64,000 nucleotides of DNA. Source: Macrostomum lignano (lineage: Eukaryota). A program made the translations under genes and the position numbers. Every line of letters starts with the position of its first letter. Within the stretch, counting starts at the first letter, position 1. Below, piece by piece: positions 26,001 through 40,964 of this stretch. The stretch lies in the NCBI GenBank assembly GCA_002269645.1, contig NIVC01000593.1, positions 305,454 through 369,453 on the forward strand. The letters run 5' to 3'. The notes beneath the pieces are model-generated. The model made no database searches. It was not told the origin of the DNA and saw only the letters and a list, made by a program, of their open reading frames with translations.

Positions 26001-29000
26001 GGCCGGAGTTTGTCGTCGACCTGTTGAGCAGTCGGCACGAGTTCGGACGGATCAGCGAGTTTTGCAAATTCCAGTTCGCTTGGGATTTCTGTCGGGCCCG
26101 GTGCGAGCAGGTGGAAGGTGAGGAGGGAAGGTGGAAGGTAATTTTTCTTAGATGCCAGCACTGGCCTCCTATCGTCTTGGCGCCACTCCTATCATCCTGG
26201 CGCCACTCCTATCATCTTGGCGCCACTCCTATCATCTTGGCGCCACTCCTATCAGCCACTCCTATCATCTTGGCGCCACTCCTATCAGCCACTCCCATCA
26301 TCTTGGCGCCACTCCTATCATCTTGGCGCCACTCCTAAGTGCCATTCCTACTATCTGAGTGCCATTCCTACTATCTGAGTGCCATTTCTACTATCTGAGT
26401 GCCATTCCTACTATCTGAGTGCCATTCCTACTATCTGAGTGCCATTCCTACTATCTGAGTGCCATTCCTACTATCTGAGTGCCATTCCTACTATCTGAGT
26501 GCCATTCCTACTATCTGAGTGCCATTCCTACTATCTGAGTGCCATTCCTACTATCTGAGTGCCATTCCTACTATCTGAGTGCCATTTCTACTATCTGAGT
26601 GCCATTCCTACTATCTGAGTGCCATTCTTACTATCTGAGTGCCATTCCTACTATCTGAGTGCCATTTCTACTATCTGAGTGCCATTTCTACTATCTGAGT
26701 GCCATTTCTACTATCTGAGTGCCATTCCTACTATCTGAGTGCCATTCCTACTATCTGAGTGCCATTCTTACTATCTGAGTGCCATTCTTACTATCTGAGT
26801 GCCATTCTTACTATCTGAGTGCCATTCCTACTATCTGAGTGCCATTCCTACTATCTGAGTGCCATTCCTACTATCTGAGTGCCATTCCTACTATCTGAGT
26901 GCCATTCCTACTATCTGAGTGCCATTCCTACTATCTGAGTGCCATTCCTACTATCTGAGTGCCATTCCTACTATCTGAGTGCCATTCCTACTATCTGAGT
27001 GCCATTCCTACTATCTGAGTGCCATTCCTACTATCTGAGTGCCATTCCTACTATCTGAGTGCCATTCCTACTATCTGAGTGCCATTCCTACTATCTGAGT
27101 GCCATTCCTACTATCTGAGCCACCTAAACCTACTCTGCAGACAGCAGGACGATGCTCAAGGACGCCTACACGGATCTGGTAGACTTTGGCAAGTTCAGTC
27201 TCGATCAGCAGCGAATCGCAATCCACGAGATCGGCCTGCCAGCGCCTCTGGTGCTCAACGCGCTGAACAAGTCGCGCCTGCTCGCCAGGCCGGACGACCG
27301 GTCAGCTTTCGGCTTGGCCGGCGTGGACTGTCGATGGCGGCTGTACTTTCGGCGCGGCCAGTCCGAGTTCGACTGGGCCCACCTGCTGCGCGGTCTGGAG
27401 CGGCATTCTAAAAGGTGAGACTTCCCTCGCGTTTAGGCGTGACAATTGGAGCTTGGATGAAGCCAAGACATTGGAGCTGGAAAAGATTCTGGGGATCTGA
27501 GAGAAATTAGAGATTGGGAATTGAGAATAGGGATCTGAGAGTGAGATTAGGGATCTGAGGGTGAAATTAGGGATTTGAGAGTGAGATTAGGGATCTGAAA
27601 GTGAGATTAGGGATCTGAGAGTGAGATTAGGGATTTCAAAGTGAGATTAGGGATCTGAAAGTGAGATTAGGGATCTGAAAGTGAGATTAGGGATCTGGGA
27701 GTATTATTAGGGATTTGAAAGTGAGATTAGGGATCTGAGAGTGAGATTAGGGATCTGAAAGTGAGATTAGGGATCTGAGAGTGAGATTAGGGATTGGAAA
27801 GTGAGATTAGGGATCTGAGAGTGAGATTAGGGATCTAAGAGTGAGATTAGGGATCTGAGAGTGAGATTAGGGATCTAAGAGTGAGATTAGGGATCTGAAA
27901 TTGAGATTAGGGATTGGGAAGTGAGATTAGGGATCTAAGAGTGAGATTAGGGATCTGAGAGTGAAATTAGGGATCTGAGAGAGAGATTAGGGATCTGGGA
28001 GTGAAATTAGGTATCTGAGAGTGAAATTAGGGATCTGAGAGTGAGATTAGGGATCTGGGAGTGAAATTAGGTATCTGAGAGTGAAATTAGGTATCTGAGA
28101 GTGAAATTAGGTATCTGAGAGTGAGATTAGGGATCTGAGAGTGAAATTAGGGATCTGAGAGTGAGATTAGGGATTGGGAAGTGAGATTAGGGATCTGGGA
28201 GTGAAATTAGGTATCTGAGAGTGAAATTAGGGATGTGAGAGTGAGATTAGGGATCTGAGAGTGAGATTAGGGATCTGAGAGTGAGATTAGGGATCTAAGA
28301 GTGAGATTAGGGATCTGAGAGTGAGATTAGGGATCTAAGGGTGACATTAGGGATCTGAAATTGAGATTAGGGATTGGGAAGTGAGATTAGGGATCTAAGA
28401 GTGAGATTAGGGATCTGAGAGTGAAATTAGGGATCTGAGAGAGAGATTAGGGATCTGGGAGTGAAATTAGGTATCTGAGAGTGAAATTAGGTATCTGAGA
28501 GTGAGATTAGGGATCCGGGAGTGAGATTAGTGATCTGAGAGTGAGATTAGGGATCTGGGAGTTAAATTAGGTATCTGAGAGTGAAATTAGGTATCTGAGA
28601 GTGAGATTAGGGATCTAAGAGTGAGATTAGGGATCTGAGAGTGAAATTAGGTATCCGAGAGTGAGATTAGGGATCTAAGAGTGAGATTAGGGATCTGGGA
28701 GTGAAATTAGGCATCTGAGAGTGAGATTAGGGATCTGAGCGAGAGATTAGCCCAGTCTAATTCAATTGAAATCCCAACATTCTGTTTAGCCTTCTCGTGC
28801 TGCGTCTGCCAGACCAGCTGTGCCTCGCCCTGCTGTTCCAACGGCAGCTGACAATCTGCGAACGGGCTGACATGCCTCCGGACAGTGTCCGGGCGTTTTT
28901 CTTCTCCGGCCTGCTCAACTGCCGTAGGCAGCACCGACTGAGTCCGGGACACAGCCTGGACTTATCGGAGCACTCGTTGCAGCTCTACAAAGGCGATCGC

Positions 29001-31045
29001 ATGGACACTTTTGTGTGGCTGAATGACGGCGGCGGGCCCGACGGCCTGACGTCTATCAGCGTAGACCTGACCCGGTTCGACTTGCCTGGCGACAGGAGGC
29101 GGGCGCAAGCTGGCATGCTGGTACGGAAGGTGCCATTTATTGAGGCCGAGATGTTCGTGCTCGAGTCTGCCCAGGGCGACCCGGCGGACGGGCGGGCCAC
29201 TGGCTATCTGGATGTGGCCGATGTCAACTGGTGGGCCGCTGATGTCCGACAGGTGAGATCTGCGTGGGAGCAACTTATCTAGACAGTGATTTTGTAGATC
29301 TAGACAGTGATTTTGTTGATCTAGACAGTGATTTTGTAGATCTAGACAGTGATTTTGTAGATCTAGACAGTGATTTTGTAGATCTAGACAGTGATCTTGT
29401 AGATCTAGACAGTGATTTTGTAGATCTAGACAGTGATCTTGTAGATCTAGACAGTGATTTTGTAGATCTAGACAGTGATTTTGTAGATCTAGACAGTGAT
29501 TTTGTAGATCTAGACAGTGATCTTGTAGATCTAGACAGTGATTTTGTAGATCTAGACAGTGATCTTGTAGATCTAGACAGTGATTTTGTAGATCTAGACA
29601 GTGATTTTGTAGATCTAGACAGTGATCTTGTAGATCTAGACAGTGATTTTGTAGATCTAGCCTCTCCAGCAGTGCACTCTCCCGTCTCCTTCTGCCCAGG
29701 TCGAGTTCCCAGCTCCCAACCGGCCCCAACTGGCTCACGCAGTCAACGAGTTCGTCGACCCGATGCTGCTGCAGCCGCCGTCCCACGATTCAATGCCTTC
29801 GCCGACTCCGACGCTGCAGTGCCTGGACGCGGCCGTCGCCTTTGCCTCGCCTCGCTTGTTCATCGACTCGCTGCGCGCGTGGCCACCGTCGGAGCTTGGC
29901 TCGGTGCCAGACCGCCTGCGGGCCCTGCTAGACCGTCTGCATTTGCTGGCGGCTCCGAGGCCGCTGCCAGCCTCAGCTCTGGCCGACATCGACAAGATTG
30001 TCGCTCAGCTGTTCTTCGACCTAGCTTCCGTCAGGTTCGGAGACCAGCCGTTTGTAGGGCTACTGGAACTGTTCACATCGCTGCGACGCCTGGCTGCCGA
30101 CGCCACCGCTGACCGTCTGCTGTCGTCGCTTTTATCGCTAGCCGAAGCTTCCACCGCCGAGCTGCTGGACGTTGCCGGCGCCTGGCACTGCTGGTGGCCG
30201 CTGCTCCACGTTGCCGCCAGTTCGCCTGCCGTAGCACAGAGATTTGCTGAACAACTTCTACTGTCGATGTTGACGGAATCTACTAGGGTGTCGCCGCTGA
30301 CGCCGGTGCATCGGTATCTGCGGCGCCAGGCCTGGCTGGCCTGTCAGGGATTTCTGAGCGGCTGTCAATCATCCGGCCTGTCGGCTGACAGCTGGGAGTC
30401 CGACCGGTCGGTGCCGGCGGAGACTGTCGAGCCTGCGAATCCCGCTAACGAACTGTCGGAGTTTTGGCTGACAAGTCGGGCGCCGATTGACTGGCAGCGA
30501 CATCAGCCGCGCCCAGGCCGGTTTATGTCGCTGCTGCTGGCATCGGCGACTTCGGCTGGCGGCTTCTGCTGCCTTGTTCAAGTTGTCGCCTGTCGGCGTC
30601 TGGACGACGGTCGAGCCTTGGTCTGTCTGCGCGGCTTGGACTCGCGCGGCTGCCTCCTAACAACGCTGCCGGCTTGTTGGCAGGGCGGCGGCTGCTGGCA
30701 GCTGCGCGAACCTCCTGCGGGTGGCATCGACAGTTACAGAGAAGTGTTTGACGCTCTGAGACGCTGCCTCCGGGCTGCTGACAACGAGGAGAATATTGGC
30801 AACGATCGGCTGTTGAAGCGAGCGCTCGATCTGCTGGCTGATCCGCGGGGCCACCCGAAAGAGTCGCCGCTGGCCCGCTTCGAGTGCACGGGTCACGTGA
30901 CTCGGTGGCTCGCAGAAACCGTCGCTCTTAGAGTGCGTGAGACTGCGGCTTGAGTTGATAGCTCGTAATAGTGCATCTTTGGACACGTTGCTGCAGCATA
31001 CTTATCCCTATCTTTACCTCGTTTATCCTCTTCATTATCATCATT

Positions 31046-31129
<84 letters not shown>

Positions 31130-31348
31130 TACCTCATCCTCATAATCATATTCCCTATCCTTGCTCCAAAACAGCAGAAAGCTGTGTCGCTAAGCGCGGA
31201 TATCGACGCAGATTTAGAGCGGCTCGACGCCTCGCAACGGGCCGCGCTGGCAGTCGTCCTGAGTTCGAAACCGGATCCAGGCCTGCTGTTCATCGGCGGG
31301 CCGCCGGGCACGGGAAAGTCCGCGCTGGCCGTCAGCATCGTCTGCCGG

Positions 31349-31380
<32 letters not shown>

Positions 31381-32965
31381 ATCGTTTCTGCCGATTTTCC
31401 TCTGCGCCCAGTCCGACGCCGCTCTCGACAGTCTGGCTCGACGGCTGCGCCTCGCCGCTCCGTGCCTACTGCTGCTCCGCCTGCCATCGTCTGGCCTCGT
31501 CGCTCCCGACGTCGCCGATCTGACAATCGACGCGCAAATCCAACGTCGACGCCTGGAAGAGTTCGGCACGGATGACGACAGTTTAAACGACAGCCAGACG
31601 ATGCAGCAGCGCCTTCTGCGCTCCGCCGACGTGATTCTGGCGTTGTCGACGTCGATTGGCGGCTTGTACGACGTCCGGTTTTCCTTGGCGCTGATTGACG
31701 ATGCAAACGAGTCGCCCGAGTCGGCCGCGCTCTGCGCTCTGGCCCGATGCTCCAGGCGTGTCGTGCTGCTGGGAACTGACCATCGGCTAGCGGTGGCGGC
31801 GGCAACGACGTCGAACGCCCTGGCGCTGACTGTGCAGCACCGGATGCGGCCGGAACTGGCCAGCCTGCCCAGCCGATGCTTCAGCTGGCCGGCACTCGAG
31901 ATGCCGGCGCCGCCGCCCACCCTGCCGCCGCCGATGGTTTTTCCCGCTGTCTGCTTTATCAACTGCGATGAAGGCTCGGCAGCTTCATCTATCGAGCTGA
32001 TTGACCGGGTTCTCGCTGTTCTACTGGAAACTGAATCTTTGGAAGCCATTGCCGTCCTGACACTGTCAGGTGCGTCCGATCGGGTTGGCCAATCCTTGCA
32101 CCTTCGGGATGTTCAGGTGGCTAGCGTTGATGAATTCCGTGGTCTCGAGACCGACTTTGTCATTGTACATGCAGATGCCAATAGCTTGCTGTCTGATGCT
32201 GAGCAGTCGGATTTTGAAGTTCTCTTTACGCGAGCGAGACGTTGTATTGTTGTCATTGGCGACCGGGTTGCTATGGAGACCAGCTCGAATATCTGGTGCA
32301 ATTGGCTGTCGCAGGCTGAAGAGATTTCGGAATGCCAACTTTGGAATCAGAGTAACGGCGCCCGGAAGCAGTTGAGTCAGGGCGGTAAACATCAGAGAGA
32401 CCGAGGAGGCAAACCATCTGCTCGCGGCGGCGGTGATCAAAGAGGCGGACAATCTGCTCGCGGCGGCAGAGATCAGAGAGAATGGCAATCTGCTCACGGC
32501 GGTAGAGATCAAAGAGAATGGCAATCTGCTCGCGGGGCAGAGATCAAAGAGAATGGCAATCTGCTCGCGGGGGCAGAGATCAAAGAGAATGGCAATCTGC
32601 TCGCGGCGGCAGAGATCAAAGAGAATGGCAATCTGCTCGCGGCGGCAGAGATCAAAGAGAATGGCAATCTGCTCGCGGCGGCAGAGATCAAAGAGAATGG
32701 CAATCTGCTCGCGGCGGCAGAGATCAAAGAGGCGGACAATCTGCTCGCGGCGGCAGAGATCAAAGAGAATGGCAATCTGCTCGCGGCGGCAGAGATCAGA
32801 GAGAATGGCAATCTGCTCGCGGCGGCAGAGATCAGAGAGAATGGCAATCTGCTCGCGGCGGCGGAGATCAGAGAGAATGGCAATCTGCTCGCAGCGGCGG
32901 AGATCAGAGAGAATGGCAATCTGGTCGCGGCGGTAGAGATCAAAGAGGCGGACATTATTAAATAA
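20068..32965 (+). CDS. RdRP: Cellular (QDE-1/EGO-1-type) RNA-dependent RNA polymerase fused to a C-terminal Upf1/ZNFX1-like SF1 helicase and RGG-repeat tail
   Basis: Exons 20068-20520, 20980-21499, 22262-22555, 23085-23271, 23558-23748, 24772-25189, 25548-26117, 27141-27414, 28790-29252, 29700-30932 and 31175-32965; all junctions are GT-AG with matching phases. RdRP motifs in order: FSYLGCSSGGLK, KRQARIGLLFS, FTDGCG, PSVYQ|IRYRGYKG, RPSMLKF, LNRQFITLL, KSPCYLLGDVR, SGSDLDGDQFFVCWD. Helicase motifs: LDASQ, GPPGTGKS, IDDANE, QHRM, SVDEFRGLE, TRARR. Confidence 0.93.
21555..22200. repeat. 24-bp intronic minisatellite GAATGAGTCACTGTCTAGCTTACG
   Basis: About 27 units; most contain TGAGTCA. Confidence 0.96.
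22605..23025. repeat. 27-bp intronic minisatellite GCAGCCACCCCACTCCCTGCCTTATCT
   Basis: Tandem units between the PSVYQ and IRYRGYKG exons. Confidence 0.95.
23310..23490. repeat. 21-bp intronic minisatellite GGGTAGATTAAGTAGAATACC
   Basis: About 8 tandem units. Confidence 0.92.
23785..24700. repeat. 42-bp intronic minisatellite ATTAGGCATTGTCCAGCTCTCAGGTGATTAGAGAGATTCATC
   Basis: About 22 units. Confidence 0.96.
26165..27120. repeat. Two adjacent 20-bp intronic minisatellites (CTCCTATCATCTTGGCGCCA, then GAGTGCCATTCCTACTATCT)
   Basis: The second array (26337-27120) is almost perfect. Confidence 0.96.
27530..28750. repeat. 20-bp intronic minisatellite GTGAGATTAGGGATCTGAGA containing TTAGGG
   Basis: About 60 units. 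Confidence 0.96.
29275..29660. repeat. 21-bp intronic minisatellite GTAGATCTAGACAGTGATTTT
   Basis: About 18 units; source of the DLDSDFV pseudo-ORF. Confidence 0.96.
31030..31128. repeat. (CAT)n microsatellite in the last RdRP-gene intron
   Basis: Pure CAT run; source of the poly-His/Ile/Met pseudo-ORFs. Confidence 0.97.
32430..32955 (+). repeat. 36-bp coding repeat (RGGRDQREWQSA units) at the C-terminus of the RdRP-helicase
   Basis: About 14 units of GGCAGAGATCAAAGAGAATGGCAATCTGCTCGCGGC inside the last exon. Confidence 0.9.
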
Positions 32966-33675
32966 ATATGCATCGAACTTTCAATGGCTGAATTGATTAA
33001 ATTGGCTGAGATTTTTACAAATATCTTATTAATAGCAATACTCCAGTTAAATAGCTAGGTTGCTATTTTGCGGCTACCGCAAGTGAACAAATTTTGTACT
33101 GGGTACTTTGAATGTAATTTCGGCGTTGATAAACTGTTACAGTTTCAAATCTGGAGTCGACTAATTCCATATACAAGTATAAGTCATATTTACTAACGCA
33201 GGATTCGTTAGTTGCTTTCCTAGAAAGCAAAATGTACTTATTAAACACAGCCATTTATCTTTGACCCCTACTATTTGATAGATGTTAAGAATAGTTTATT
33301 TTGGCAAAAAATTATTAAAACGCGCTGTGTACATGTCCTCATGCTCAGTTTGAGCAAATATTTTACTCATTTATTGCCAAAAAGTATGCCACTTTTAGGC
33401 CAGCATTTTATAACAATTTTACCTTTCAATATAGATGAATCCGTGTGCGTGCCCTTTTAATACATACTGCATCAGCTTAAGACTGCTTGGTATTTTTCTA
33501 TGTAAGAAAAACCTTATTTTTTAATCAGGTTTTTACTGTTATGTATTATGCGCCCATTCAAGTAAGTAATTCTCTACCCATTCATATATATATCCCGACT
33601 ATTTTTTTATATATTCTTACAAAAGCACTTTAGAACTTTGAACTTTTTCCTTTTTATGGCTAAGTCGTCTTTTTA

Positions 33676-34354
33676 GCCGCTACCCTCCGCTCAGTCCATC
33701 ATTGAGTGCCGCTACCCTCCGCTCAGTCCATAATTGAGTGCCGCTACCCTCCGCTCAGTCCATCATTGAGTGCCGCTACCCTCCGCTCAGTCCATCATTG
33801 AGTGCCGCTACCCTCCGCTCAGTCCATAATTGAGTGCCGCTACCCTCCACTCAGTCCATCATTGAGTGCCGCTACCCTCCGCTCAGTCCATCATTGAGTG
33901 CCGCTACCCTCCACTCAGTCCATCATTGAGTGCCGCTACCCTCCGCTCAGTCCATCATTGAGTGCCGCTACCCTCCGCTCAGTCCATCATTGAGTGCCGC
34001 TACCCTCCGCTCAGTCCATAATTGAGTGCCGCTACCCTCCGCTCAGTCCATCATTGAGTGCCGCTACCCTCCGCTCAGTCCATAATTGAGTGCCGCTACC
34101 CTCCGCTCAGTCCATCATTGAGTGCCGCTACCCTCCGCTCAGTCCATCATTGAGTGCCGCTACCCTCCGCTCAGTCCATCATTGAGTGCCGCTACCCTCC
34201 GCTCAGTCCATCATTGAGTGCCGCTACCCTCCGCTCAGTCCATCATTGAGTGCCGCTACCCTCCGCTCAGTCCATCATTGAGTGCCGCTACCCTCCGCTC
34301 AGTCCATCATTGAGTGCCGCTACCCTCCGCTCAGTCCATCATTGAGTGCCGCTA
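33676..34354. repeat. 32-bp intergenic minisatellite GCCGCTACCCTCCGCTCAGTCCATCATTGAGT
   Basis: About 21 near-identical contiguous units, no spacers. Confidence 0.97.
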
Positions 34355-34453
34355 CTAATGCTTTGTGGATATCCCGCTAATTTCAGCTGCAGCCCCGAAT
34401 ACTTTTCAACCAAATAATTTTGCTGCAGAAAATCGAGCCAAACTAAACAGGGA

Positions 34454-39382
<4,929 letters not shown>

Positions 39383-40490
39383 TGAGCTGGGTGAGCTGCG
39401 CTGAGTAAGGGGAGAGCTGGGTGAGTGTGGAGTGAGCTGCGCTGAGTAAGGGGAGAGCTGGGTGAGTGTGGGGTGAGCTGGGTGAGTATGGGGTGAGCTG
39501 GGTGAGTGTGGGGTGAGCTGCGCTGAGTAAGGGGTGAGCTGGGTGAGTGTGGGGTGAGCTGCTCTGAGTAAGGGGAGAGCTGGGTGAGTGTGGGGTGAGC
39601 TGCTCTGAGTATGGGGTGAGCTGGGTGAGTATGGGGTGAGCTGGGTGAGTATGGGGTGAGCTGGGTGAGTGTGGGGTGAGCTGCGCTGAGTAAGGGGTGA
39701 GCTGGGTGAGTGTGGGGTGAGCTGCGCTGAGTAAGGGGTGAGCTGGGTGAATATGGGGTGAGCTGCGCTGAGTAAGGGGTGAGCTGGGTGAGTGTGGGGT
39801 GAGCTGCGCTGAGTAAGGGCGTAAGGGGTGAGCTGGATGAGTATGGCGTGAGCTGGGTGAGTATGGGGTGAGCTGGGTGAATATGGGGTGAGCTGCGCTG
39901 AGTAAGGGGTGAGCTGGGTGAGTGTGGGGTGAGCTGCGCTGAGTAAGGGGTGAGCTGGGTGAATATGGGGTGAGCTGCGCTGAGTAAGGGGTGAGCTGGG
40001 TGAGTGTGGGGTGAGCTGCGCTGAGTAAGGGCGTAAGGGGTGAGCTGGATGAGTATGGCGTGAGCTGGGTAAGTATGGCGTGAGCTGGGTGAGTATGGCG
40101 TGAGCTGGGTGAGTATGGGGTGAGCTGGATGAGTATAGGGTGAGCTGGATGAGTATGGGGTGAGCTGGATGAGTATGGGGTGAGCTGCTCTGAGTATGGG
40201 GTGAGCTGGATGAGTATGGGGTGAGCTGCTCTGAGTATGGGGTGAGCTGGATGAGTATGGGGTGAGCTGGGTGAGTATGGCGTGAGCTGGGTGAGTATGG
40301 AGTGAGCTGGGTGAGTATAGAGTGAGCTGCTCTGAGTATGGGGTGAGCTGGATGAGTATGGGGTGAGCTGGGTGAGTATAGAGTGAGCTGCTCTGAGTAT
40401 GGGGTGAGCTGGATGAGTATGGGGTGAGCTGGGTGAGTATGGCGTGAGCTGGGTGAGTATGGAGTGAGCTGCTCTGAGTATGGGATGAGT
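39383..40490. repeat. G-rich minisatellite built on GTGAGCTGGGTGAGT
   Basis: Starts at the stop codon of the acyl-CoA synthetase. Confidence 0.95.
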
Positions 40491-40964
40491 ATGGCTGTGA
40501 GCGCTGGGTGAATATAAATATTGCAGAATTAGTTTCACGAAATACATAGTGAAAATTCAATACTATTGCTCGCTCATCGATGCAAATGCAGTCAATCATA
40601 CGAGCTGCTAAATGCAGTGAATATTCACCCCAAAGGCATATTTTCTAGTGCTTTAATGCCCACAGAAACCCCAGGTTCGGTTAGAAAATACGGCATCGAA
40701 TAATTCGATAATAATTTAACTGGATAGCGTTATGCTAATTCCAATTTATTTTACCGCTCACTCATTTTCTCTCTTTTTCCAGACGAACTGCCATGGCCAC
40801 TGCGAACTTGAAGGCGGTTTTTCGATAATCCTGTGTGCTTCAGAGAACAAATTAATCAGTTTTACAACTTTTCAGGATAATTTTTTTTCGATAGCAATCT
40901 TTACATGTTGATATTTTCCCGTATAATCACGCTTTGCTTAAATTTGATTACATTGTAACTGCAT

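Noticed and set aside
30937-31575. Poly-His, poly-Ile and poly-Met ORFs
   Set aside because: Translations of the intronic (CAT)n microsatellite
33676-34354. CRISPR-like array of 32-bp repeats with an internal hairpin (also the 37-bp array at 16170-17190)
   Set aside because: Units are contiguous with no unique spacers, there are no cas genes, and the context is eukaryotic
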